64,000 nucleotides of DNA from Negaprion brevirostris (taxonomy: Eukaryota): NCBI GenBank assembly GCA_030324005.1, contig JARDVH010000133.1, positions 35,947,903-36,011,902 of the forward strand. Reading direction: 5' to 3'. Under the pieces are notes generated by a model. That model was given only the letters and a program-made list of their open reading frames with translations, had not been told where the DNA came from and did no database searches. The stretch's first letter is position 1, and each line of letters opens with the position of its first letter. Made by a program: the position numbers and the translations under genes. Positions 59,201-64,000 of this stretch are shown piece after piece.

Positions 59201-59993
59201 GCAGTCTCTCCATGGAATCTGGCCTGATCACGTAGCCTTCAGGGTCTCCTCCCTTAAAAGGACCACGCTACCACAGCTACCTGTGTGTAATCCTCCATAG
59301 CTCAGTGTGGGAAGTTTATATATGGTCATTAATTCTGTGCATACCAGAAACCCAACTGATCAAAGTAAAGTCACTACATATCTCATAGATTCCTACTGTG
59401 CAGAAGGAGGCCATTTGGCCCACAGTGTTTGCACCTACCACAATCCCACTCAGGCCCTTTCCACATAACCCTAGCTAGTCCCCATGGCACTATGGGACAA
59501 TTTTTAGTACGGCCAATCCACCTAACCTGCACACCTTTGGACTGTGAAAGGAAACCGGAGCACCCGGAGGAAACGCATGCAGACAGTGACACTAGCTGGG
59601 AATCAAACCTGGGTCCCTGGTGCTGTGAGATAGCAGTGCTAACCACTGTGCCGCCCCAATATTGTTAGATTTTCTAATGTTTTGTCACATTACCGGGATT
59701 TTGAAACCAGTGAATATTTTTCTGTTGATTACATGTTGTGTGGAGAGTAACAAATCAAGACTGTTTCTGTCACTGTGTAGAAACCTCGTTCAGAGATGGT
59801 TCGGGCCTCACTAAGGCTATTAACTTCGAGCGCGTACAGACTCCAGTCAGAATGCAAGAAAGCACTGCCAGCAGAACCTGGTCCCACATCTGACATCCAA
59901 CTGGTAACACAGCAAGTGATCCAGTGTGCATATGATATTGCCAAGGCAGCCAAACAACTCGTTACCATAACAACAAAAGAAAACAACAACTGA
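2089..59993 (+). CDS. GIT2: ARF GTPase-activating protein GIT2, multi-exon CDS (exons 2-20; exon 1 is upstream of the window)
   Basis: 19 exons with compatible phases join to 2222 nt ending in TGA. Domains seen: ArfGAP Zn finger (ICDDCCSVHRSLG), ankyrin repeats, Spa2-homology repeats, coiled coil and C-terminal paxillin-binding domain. RFNAHEFATLVIDILSDAK and the terminal TTKENNN identify GIT2 rather than GIT1. Confidence 0.97.
3444..3489. repeat. Perfect 23-bp tandem duplication (TACCTCTTCTGTTTTGATGTTGC x2)
   Basis: read directly from the sequence. Confidence 0.95.
3991..4100 (+). CDS. GIT2: GIT2 exon 3 (110 nt; MVQTLVSNGANSIWEHSLLDPTAMSGKRKASPQDKVH)
   Basis: tttcag| and |gtaagt; GANSIWEHSLLDP motif; not in ORF track. 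Confidence 0.95.
5240..5580 (-). mobile_element. Degraded CR1 LINE 3' region
   Basis: similarity to the reverse strand of CR1 ORF2 C-terminal coding sequence. Confidence 0.55.
6473..6578 (+). CDS. GIT2: GIT2 exon 4 (106 nt; PNKAEFIRAKYSMLAFVHRLPCREDDSVAAKDLSK)
   Basis: ttcag| and |gtaagc; FIRAKY ArfGAP motif. Confidence 0.96.
10096..10182 (+). CDS. GIT2: GIT2 exon 5 (87 nt; QLHSSVRTGNLETCLRLLSLGAQANFFHP)
   Basis: tttcag| and |gtaagt; first ankyrin repeat. Confidence 0.96.
11066..11196 (+). CDS. GIT2: GIT2 exon 6 (131 nt; EKGNTPLHVASKGGQILQAELLAVYGADPGAPDANGKTPCDSAR)
   Basis: tgtag| and AAG|gtcaga; TPLH ankyrin motif. Confidence 0.95.
11860..12230 (+). mobile_element. Degraded CR1 RT fragment plus tail
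   Basis: gtagacaaagtatctttggatttttggaaggc (LDFxKA-like), tggattgagaattggttaacaga (WIENWLT), tatatcaatgacttagat (YINDLD). Confidence 0.65.
12860..14467 (+). mobile_element. RTE-clade LINE, 5'-truncated, with frameshifted reverse transcriptase
   Basis: DMIF..QLQEKCQEQ, VKQGCVI, *YADD (13446-13457), LYGSKTW, NQLHWAG, LPKQILF; GAAGAAGAAG near the 3' end. Confidence 0.85.
15035..15268 (+). mobile_element. Penelope-like element terminal repeat with a truncated hammerhead motif
   Basis: CATCTGATGAAGGAGCAGCC-CTTGTGCTACCAAATAAACC...TTTAACCTGGTGTTGTGAGACTTC; family copies at 22835 and 41490. Confidence 0.65.
16487..16581 (+). CDS. GIT2: GIT2 exon 7 (95 nt; QAGHHELADRLVEIQYELTDRLAFFLCGRKP)
   Basis: ttgtag| and CAG|gtgggt. 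Confidence 0.95.
17185..17575 (-). mobile_element. CR1 LINE RT fragment
   Basis: LTNLLEYFEEVT...VLYLDFRKRFDMVP, corresponding to the CR1 LDFxKAFDxVPH motif. Confidence 0.85.
18525..18570 (+). CDS. GIT2: GIT2 exon 8 (46 nt; DHKNGQHFIIPQMADS)
   Basis: ttccag| and TAG|gtgagg; phase 1 to phase 2. Confidence 0.95.
18828..19493. mobile_element. hAT/Charlie-like non-autonomous DNA transposon (MITE)
   Basis: termini CAGTGGTTTTCAAC and GTTGGGAACCACTG are inverted repeats; flanks gcttaagg and gtgtgagg fit a degenerate 8-bp TSD. Confidence 0.65.
19640..20100 (+). mobile_element. Penelope-like 3' end, second family, with internal minisatellite
   Basis: pyrimidine-rich UTR then TTGATGAAAGATTATCAGTCTGAAAC...tccactgatgctgcc...atttccagtgcctgtagtattttgc. 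Confidence 0.55.
19725..19843. repeat. About 24-bp C/T-rich minisatellite (ccctctcctctctccagcctgg), about 5 copies
   Basis: read directly from the sequence. Confidence 0.8.
20340..20740 (-). mobile_element. Penelope-like 3' end, second family
   Basis: inverse of the 19640-20100 type; ccttcatcagaactgg. Confidence 0.55.
21768..21837 (+). pseudogene. Decayed tRNA-Ile(AAT) gene or pseudogene in intron 8
   Basis: AGCTGGTTACCTCAG...TGGTGCTAATGACGCCAAGGTCGCAGGTTCAATCCCTGTAGTGGCCA resembles vertebrate tRNA-Ile(AAT). Anticodon arm and B box are intact; D arm and acceptor stem are damaged; TTTTT at 21841-21845. Confidence 0.85.
22040..22320 (-). mobile_element. Old tRNA-head SINE family (unclassified)
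   Basis: shares ctgagattagctaactc and other blocks with copies at 45390-45760, 51200-51550 and 56220-56480. Confidence 0.5.
22530..22745 (-). mobile_element. CR1/HER1-like LINE 3' end
   Basis: ggcagagttccagattcccaccgccctctggatgaaaa is a CR1 tail motif. Confidence 0.65.
22835..22962 (+). mobile_element. Penelope-like terminal repeat with near-complete minimal hammerhead motif
   Basis: CAC-CTGATGA-AGGAG-CAGCA-TTCC-GGAA-GC-TC-GTT followed by the family tail. Confidence 0.7.
24104..24155 (+). CDS. GIT2: GIT2 exon 9 (52 nt; SLDLSELAKAAKKKLQS), tandem TAGCAG acceptor
   Basis: ccctttag|cag| and TCG|gtaagt. Confidence 0.95.
26059..26131 (+). CDS. GIT2: GIT2 exon 10 (73 nt; LSNHLFEELAMDVYDEVDRRETDA)
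   Basis: ttctag| and CAG|gtgagg; Spa2-homology repeat. Confidence 0.96.
26795..27635. repeat. GC-rich unclassified interspersed repeat
   Basis: GGAGAATCCCAGCC at both ends, G-rich core; related GC-rich segments at 6700-7100, 30960-31710 and 32050-32260. Confidence 0.45.
28050..28378 (-). mobile_element. HE1-like V-SINE, near full length
   Basis: tRNA head (gtgctaaccgctgtgccacc reversed), V-domain and HER1-like tail. Confidence 0.85.
29112..29209 (+). CDS. GIT2: GIT2 exon 11 (98 nt; VWLTTQNHSTLVTETTVIPFLPVNPEYSSTRNQ), GC donor
   Basis: cacag| acceptor; the frame requires CAG|gcaagt as donor. Confidence 0.93.
29745..29856 (+). CDS. GIT2: GIT2 exon 12 (112 nt; GRQKLARFNAHEFATLVIDILSDAKRRQLGNPITSPK)
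   Basis: ttgcag| and AAG|gtatgt; second Spa2-homology repeat. Confidence 0.96.
30645..30945 (-). mobile_element. DeuSINE (SacSINE1/AmnSINE1-like)
   Basis: ttggccagaacaccggagagaact...gtgccctgagatctttta is the reversed Deu domain, with tail. Confidence 0.7.
32835..33002 (-). mobile_element. HE1-like SINE 3' half
   Basis: catagaatccctacagtacagaaggaggccattcagcc...acactagggttaatttaacatggccaatcaacctaacctg. Confidence 0.8.
33442..33581 (+). CDS. GIT2: GIT2 exon 13 (140 nt; DNVELVLKSVNDRHGSESHDNDQPDYDSVASDEDTDQEPTAKAIRAK)
   Basis: acacag| and AAG|gtacct; PDYDSVASDED phosphotyrosine motif. Confidence 0.94.
34653..34802 (+). CDS. GIT2: GIT2 exon 14 (150 nt; SMDSDLSDGPITLQEYMEVKNALSASEAKIQQLMKVNSNLSDELRLMQKK)
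   Basis: ttgtag| and |gtaaga; coiled coil; phase 0-0. Confidence 0.95.
36455..36600. repeat. About 41-bp minisatellite, about 3.5-4 copies, each with a CTTATCT (GATA) motif
   Basis: unit approximately GGTTAGCCTGTCTTATCTCACGTTGGAAGGTCCCTAGTCCT. Confidence 0.85.
37065..37350 (-). mobile_element. CR1/L2-superfamily LINE 3' end (same family as 765-1165)
   Basis: catgggatatgagcatt...gaaggtggtggtgagctgccttcttgaactgctgcag. Confidence 0.75.
38330..38710 (-). mobile_element. DeuSINE (SacSINE1-like)
   Basis: tail aaagaacttacatttatatagtg and reversed Deu domain (ttggcctgggcactgg...aaatagtg...ggatctt). Confidence 0.65.
39035..39200 (-). mobile_element. Penelope-like terminal repeat, second family
   Basis: tactggaaatactcagcgggtctggcagcatctgtg...gtttcaaacctctgatctttcaacagaactg. 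Confidence 0.6.
39365..39685 (+). mobile_element. HE1-like V-SINE, full length
   Basis: GGGCAGCATGGTGACATGG...GGTTCAGTTC...GTGGAGTTTGCACATTCTCCCC...GGGATTCTATGATTCTA. Confidence 0.9.
40835..41083 (+). CDS. GIT2: GIT2 exon 15 (249 nt; LQTLQSENTTLRRQ...RRPSARGSRPMSMYETGSGQKPYLP...LQPFPEH)
   Basis: tttcag| and CAC|gtaagt; phase 0-0. Confidence 0.95.
41490..41603 (-). mobile_element. Penelope-like terminal repeat with hammerhead motif
   Basis: reverse strand CAC-CTGACAA-AAGGA-CTAAC-CCC-GAAA-GC-TA-GTG followed by the family tail. Confidence 0.65.
44561..44650 (+). CDS. GIT2: GIT2 exon 16 (90 nt; IGRSAFVTSSSSLPSFPSTLSWSRDENTQR), probably a cassette exon
   Basis: strong pyrimidine tract with cag|; weaker AGG|gttaag donor; phase 0-0. 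Confidence 0.92.
44985..45760. mobile_element. Two copies of an old tRNA-head SINE in tail-to-tail inverted orientation
   Basis: gaatggccacttgggcaaggtact...cccatggagccatac (+) versus gtatgattccatgagcactgg...agtacctcatatgaccatt (-). Confidence 0.6.
47215..47560 (+). mobile_element. L2 LINE 3' end
   Basis: accattggcagc...ctctggagttccctc (LWNSLP-like) and tail ggatgtcttactatgttag...atgcaagttg. Confidence 0.6.
48153..48235 (+). CDS. GIT2: GIT2 exon 17 (83 nt; ASKLEKQNSMPDSDYDNAANDLEPDEAG)
   Basis: tttag| and TGG|gtatgg; SDYDN motif; not in ORF track. Confidence 0.94.
49735..49923 (+). CDS. GIT2: GIT2 exon 18 (189 nt; SCRKGKLKSVG...LPSTEDVIRKTEQITKNIQELLRAAQENKHD)
   Basis: taag| acceptor after a pyrimidine tract; CAG|gtaaac donor; start of paxillin-binding domain. 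Confidence 0.92.
49945..50480 (-). mobile_element. Degraded L2 RT fragments
   Basis: gtagagctgaatatcgcaagtgtacatgtgg is a reversed, decayed HxYADDxQLY motif. Confidence 0.55.
52279..52410 (+). CDS. GIT2: Putative extra in-frame GIT2 cassette exon (132 or 129 nt; RQIERESLRKFRHSLGCFSTLVLRADKTSLQPLTLQQQPDPAT)
   Basis: about 65-nt pyrimidine tract, CAGCAG acceptor, GC/CpG-rich open frame, phase 2-2 matching exons 18 and 19, CTG|gtactc donor, downstream TGCATG. Confidence 0.75.
54815..54940 (+). mobile_element. CR1/L2-superfamily LINE extreme 3' end
   Basis: ttcaagaaggcggctcaccaccacctccttgaaggc (FKKAAHHHLL). Confidence 0.7.
55166..55974 (-). mobile_element. Probable solo LTR (about 810 bp)
   Basis: TGTTATA...TGTCACA termini, AATAAA on the minus strand near 55295, near-TSD cata/catg, interrupts older repeat-like sequence. 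Confidence 0.55.
57018..57081 (+). CDS. GIT2: GIT2 exon 19 (64 nt; FMPCSERIHVAVAEMAALFPK)
   Basis: cattag| and AAG|gtgagt. Confidence 0.95.
57860..58835 (-). mobile_element. Penelope-like element 3' portion (decayed GIY-YIG endonuclease plus terminal repeat)
   Basis: reverse strand of 58545-58830 gives TYCIWCS...LPVICHYNS...NEAQCK, matching a PLE endonuclease C-terminus; same terminal repeat as 39035. Confidence 0.7.
57968..58257 (-). mobile_element. CR1/L2-superfamily LINE 3' end nested in the Penelope-like element
   Basis: gatgtgggcatcgctggctaggccagcatttattgcccatcccta...; same family as 765-1165. Confidence 0.8.
59383..59656 (-). mobile_element. HE1-like V-SINE
   Basis: cctaacctgcacacctttggactgtgaaaggaaaccggagcacccggaggaaac...gtgctaaccactgtgccgcc. 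Confidence 0.9.
59781..59993 (+). CDS. GIT2: GIT2 last coding exon (KPRSEMVRASLRLLTSSAYRLQSECKK...AKQLVTITTKENNN*)
   Basis: tgtag| acceptor; QVIQCAYDIAKAAKQLV motif; TGA at 59991-59993. Confidence 0.97.
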   Translation, partial: KPRSEMVRASLRLLTSSAYRLQSECKKALPAEPGPTSDIQLVTQQVIQCAYDIAKAAKQLVTITTKENNN

Positions 59994-60489
59994 TTTTTCT
60001 TTCCCTTTTTTATTTACAGATTTTTTTTATATAAAAGTAAACTGTTCTGGATATGTACCAGAATTGGTCTGGGCTTTCTGTCAGTATTATGTTTGCATGC
60101 TTTTTTAAATATTATTTACAATTTTGGGTATGAAAATACCTTCTTTCTGCCTTATATGTTTGCAGCAGAGTTATGCTATTTTTTCTGGGTGCTATTTTCA
60201 TTATTTGACCTGAATACCTGCTGGCAAAATATTGCTTTCTGGGAGTTAAAGCAGACAAATAACAGTTGCTTAGAATTGTACGTATAACTGAAATGTATCG
60301 GTAATAGCAGAAATGTGTAGAAACTAAAGTTCAACAGTATTTTCTAAATTATGCAAAGTTGGAGAAACATTGTTTGAAGTTGCTGCATTGGAGGGTGGGA
60401 GGTAGAAAGGATATTTGTATGCACCAAAGCTATAAATAAGGTTTGAATTATTGAGCTTGGTAATGGTACAGGACTCATAGTGAGGGAAA

Positions 60490-60835
60490 CAAATGAAAGT
60501 TGCAATGGGTATGAAGAGGACAGGGGAATTCAGTATGTATTTGATAAGTGATGTCGAACGTGGGTTTAGAAAGTCTTTAGATTGTATAAGGAGGGGGATA
60601 AAAATCAGGCACCAGGCTGATGTTGAAAGGCTGTAATGGTCAAACTTCCTGGGATTATGAAAGTGACCAGAGATTTTAGCTGAAACCAAAAGACTGTAGC
60701 CTATTGCTCTGCACTTGAAGTGAGTATTACCTGAAGTGGAAATAAAATGCAGGACTATGGGGAAAGAGCAAGGGAGTGGGACTAATTGGGTAGCTCCTTC
60801 GAAGAGCCAGCCCAAATGTGATGGGCTGAATGATA
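60490..60835 (+). mobile_element. Decayed CR1 3' end inside the 3' UTR
   Basis: ggactatggggaaagagcaagggagtgggactaattgggtagctccttcgaagagccagc...tgatgggctgaatg. Confidence 0.6.
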
Positions 60836-62591
60836 CTGCACAGAAACAGGCTATTCAAGAAGTTATGAAAAAGTTACAGTGAGCAGGTCCATATTTATTT
60901 AGCTTTAGTAAGTGGGCTAAATCTAATTTTTTTAAAAGATCATGTTTTCTACTTTGTCAGCAGGATATTATCGAAGTTCTGTTGATCACGAGTCACAATA
61001 TAACTGTTTTTAGTTTTGTTTACTCTTTCAGTGGAGCATTACACTATCATAAATAATTGCTAATGAATTCTCACGTACGTGAATAGTTTTAACCATGCTC
61101 GTTCGTTCAGCAACATGCACAAATTTTAACCCAGGGGCTGTATAAATCAGATTGGTCAAAGCATAATTCAACTAAAAGCCATACTCATCATTGCTTTGTG
61201 CAATTTGTACCTCATAATATTATAGCTTTTGACCGACATGACTGACAGCATTGTGTTTATGCAATGTATAACTAACCGTTTAGATTAATTAGGCTTTTTC
61301 TGTGGAAGATATTTTACATATTCATGTTTAGATTATGAATGCAGAAGCTATTTATCATCCATCTTTGCCTGTCATTGTACAGTATTTTTGGTCAGTTCAT
61401 TCTAAGGATGATGGTTTATTTTTTGTTTGTAAACCTTTAATGTTGACAAAATTTGTGAAATGGTCAGTAAATTGTAGTGAAATTTATAGTACTTTTTGCA
61501 TTAAATTCCCATTGCTGTAAAACTGCAAAACAATCAGCTGCAGTGTTTAAAACCCTTCTGGCGTGGGGATTTCAACCTTTAGATGCAGAACCCAAAACAG
61601 ACGAGACTAGCACAACCTCGTTTGGACCGGTGTAGCTGTGGCTTCCAATTCTCCTTGATGGTAAGTGAATTAGCAGATAGAGGAATAGGGAAGTTGCTAA
61701 ATTTTTATGCAAGTGATTTTGAAACGGTTAAACTGGGCATCCCAGTTGATTTTGTATTGATGATTGAATCTGCACCTAGACTAATGCAATTCAAAATATG
61801 GTGTGGATTTGAACTGGCAGGACCAGTCCAGAAGTGCACTTCCTGCCGGCAACTCAGTGCCATTGCTAGCAGTTGTGAGATGGGAGGGGCAGGGATCAGC
61901 ATGGGAAACTTCCCAAGTCATTATAGTCATGTGTATAAAGAAGAAACTGTTGCGGGAGAAGATAATGAGAACATTTAATGAAGAAAGGGGTTAATCACAA
62001 TTGCAGATGTTTGTCCTGAGCATAGTGACGGCAGTCAGTTTATGAACTTTTAGTTAGGTTCAAAGTGGGAGAAGGAAAAGTCAGTATGATGATGTAGTTG
62101 GGTTAGCATTTGATTTGTGATTGAGGCAAGCACATAAGTATATTCATGCAGGTTGTACTCAGGATCTTCTTACTTGGAACGTGAAAAATGAAGGGGAAAA
62201 ATTATTTTCAGGCGAGGGTGGGTTTTGTGGTACTGTTAATTGATAATTAAATGTTCCTAATAAATGACTACATAGGGATTGGCACTACCGAACTACAGCA
62301 TGAAATCTAGGCGTCAGTGTAGTTCTGGGGCTGGACTTGACAAATTTTCCAGTGTTAGTCTATTTTCTCTGTTCCAAGGACTAGCAACCTTTGGGGGCAG
62401 GGGAGTGTACTAAGATTTTTTTCACTTTTCTCTCCCCAGAATGAGTGAATCCCCTACATAACTTTGCACTGTACCTGTCATATGGCTCTTCCTGTATAAT
62501 ATTTGTGTCACTTTCAGCAGCTAATGGCTATATGGAACCCAATTAGGCATGGAAATGTGTACAGTTTGTAATGATGTGTTTACTCTGATTT

Positions 62592-62597
62592 ATTAAA
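62592..62597 (+). terminator. Candidate distal polyadenylation signal (ATTAAA)
   Basis: upstream TGTA elements, downstream T-rich element near 62632-62645, repeats resume shortly after. Confidence 0.45.
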
Positions 62598-62734
62598 TAC
62601 ATTACATGATGTACATACAGCATCCTCTGGATTATTTTCTTTCTGTACGCCATTCATTCTTTAGACTTTCATTTATTGCAATTAATAGATTAACTAGATC
62701 AAGACAGAACCCTTAGGAACATTTACATACAGAT

Positions 62735-62880
62735 GGATCAGGCGTGCAGGTCCACAAGTGGGAACACGGATGGCCAAGATGATTAAGATGGTTATGGCAT
62801 GCTTCATCAGCTGGGGCATTGAGTACAAGAGTTGGAAAATCATGCTGCAGCTATATAAAATCTTGGTTAGGCCACCCTTT
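62735..62880 (+). mobile_element. CR1/HER1-like LINE fragment
   Basis: FISWGIEYKSWKIMLQLYKILVRP is a CR1 ORF2 C-terminal motif. Confidence 0.8.
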
Positions 62881-63869
62881 GTTAATATTAACGTGTGTGT
62901 ATTTAAATATCTTAAAATTGTATCATATAACATNNNNNNNNNNNNNNNNNNNNNNNNNNNNNNNNNNNNNNNNNNNNNNNNNNNNNNNNNNNNNNNNNNN
63001 NNNNNNNNNNNNNNNNNNNNNNNNNNNNNNNNNNNNNNNNNNNNNNNNNNNNNNNNNNNNNNNNNNNNNNNNNNNNNNNNNNNNNNNNNNNNNNNNNNNN
63101 NNNNNNNNNNNNNNNNNNNNNNNNNNNNNNNNNNNNNNNNNNNNNNNNNNNNNNNNNNNNNNNNNNNNNNNNNNNNNNNNNNNNNNNNNNNNNNNNNNNN
63201 NNNNNNNNNNNNNNNNNNNNNNNNNNNNNNNNNNNNNNNNNNNNNNNNNNNNNNNNNNNNNNNNNNNNNNNNNNNNNNNNNNNNNNNNNNNNNNNNNNNN
63301 NNNNNNNNNNNNNNNNNNNNNNNNNNNNNNNNNNNNNNNNNNNNNNNNNNNNNNNNNNNNNNNNNNNNNNNNNNNNNNNNNNNNNNNNNNNNNNNNNNNN
63401 NNNNNNNNNNNNNNNNNNNNNNNNNNNNNNNNNNNNNNNNNNNNNNNNNNNNNNNNNTTTGCTTCTTTAATATAATAAAATGCCCCAAAGTGATGAACAA
63501 AAAACAAAGTATGGCGCCAGATTTCTTTCTTGGTCAGATGACCAAAAATATAACTTTAACTGAGTGGCCTCAAGGAGGACATTAAGTTGGTAAGCTGCAG
63601 GGAGCGATTTCCAGAGCTTAAGGCCTAGGCAGCTGAACGCGGGACTATCATTGATGAAACAAATGAAATAAGGGATGATAAAGGGGCCAGAATTAAATGA
63701 GCACTGATATCTTTGGAAGGGTTAAAAACAAGAAAGAGCGTTTAAAAGTTAGGACATTATTACTTGTCCTGGAGTGAATGTACGTAACCAGGAATTCTGT
63801 AGTGAATGTAGCTCACTTCCTAATGTTCCAAAGCTTGTCTGCAATCTACAAGGTAGGATGTGTTGGAAT

Positions 63870-63970
63870 ACATTACACTTACCTGAATGAATACAATTCC
63901 AACCATACTCAAGGTGCTTGGTACCATCCAAGGCAAAGCAGCCCTCTTGATCGGCAATCTATCCATATGA
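63870..63970 (+). mobile_element. CR1/L2-superfamily LINE fragment
   Basis: TILKVLGTIQGKAALLIG, resembling LDTIQDKAARLI. Confidence 0.6.
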
Positions 63971-64000
63971 ACTAGCAGCAGGAGTAGGCCACTGAGCCCC

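Larger units (their letters stand above)
59994..62620 (+). other. GIT2: Probable GIT2 3' UTR
   Basis: AT/U-rich sequence after the stop; polyadenylation hexamers ATTAAA 61500-61505, AATAAA 62259-62264, ATTAAA 62592-62597 followed by a T-rich tract. Confidence 0.6.

Noticed and set aside
2089-59993. Assignment as GIT1
   Set aside because: Diagnostic residues (FNAHEF, SDAKRR, the IGRSAFVTSSSSLPSF exon, C-terminal KENNN) and the exon structure fit GIT2.
60324-61994. ORFs of 163 aa (-) and 131 aa (+) after the GIT2 stop
   Set aside because: No recognisable protein features; one overlaps a CR1 remnant and both lie in the presumed 3' UTR.
62291-62326. GAACTACA...TGTAGTTC hairpin
   Set aside because: Only an 8-bp stem with a 20-nt loop; not enough for a miRNA or other ncRNA call.

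Overview
Eukaryotic (vertebrate) genomic DNA, very probably from a shark or ray, since it carries several HE1-type V-SINEs, DeuSINE/SacSINE1-like SINEs, CR1/L2 and Penelope-like repeats typical of elasmobranchs. Almost the whole window is one + strand gene, GIT2 (ARF GAP, GRK-interactor 2). Coding exons 2-20 (2089-59993, numbered as in human GIT2) splice into an open frame of 2222 nt; exon 1 lies upstream of the window, and a 3' UTR runs to about 62.6 kb. The main points of interest are splicing features: a strong extra in-frame cassette exon (52279-52410) inside the paxillin-binding domain, a GC-AG intron, NAGNAG acceptors, an in-frame alternative donor, candidate microexons and a candidate GIT2-short-like terminal exon. 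The introns hold decayed hammerhead-ribozyme motifs in Penelope-like repeat ends, a decayed tRNA-Ile(AAT), an RTE LINE, a hAT MITE, a solo LTR, a GATA-motif minisatellite and several inverted repeat pairs. N blocks (masked sequence or gaps) cannot be assessed. Repeat boundaries are approximate and repeat family names come from recalled consensus sequences, not from searches.
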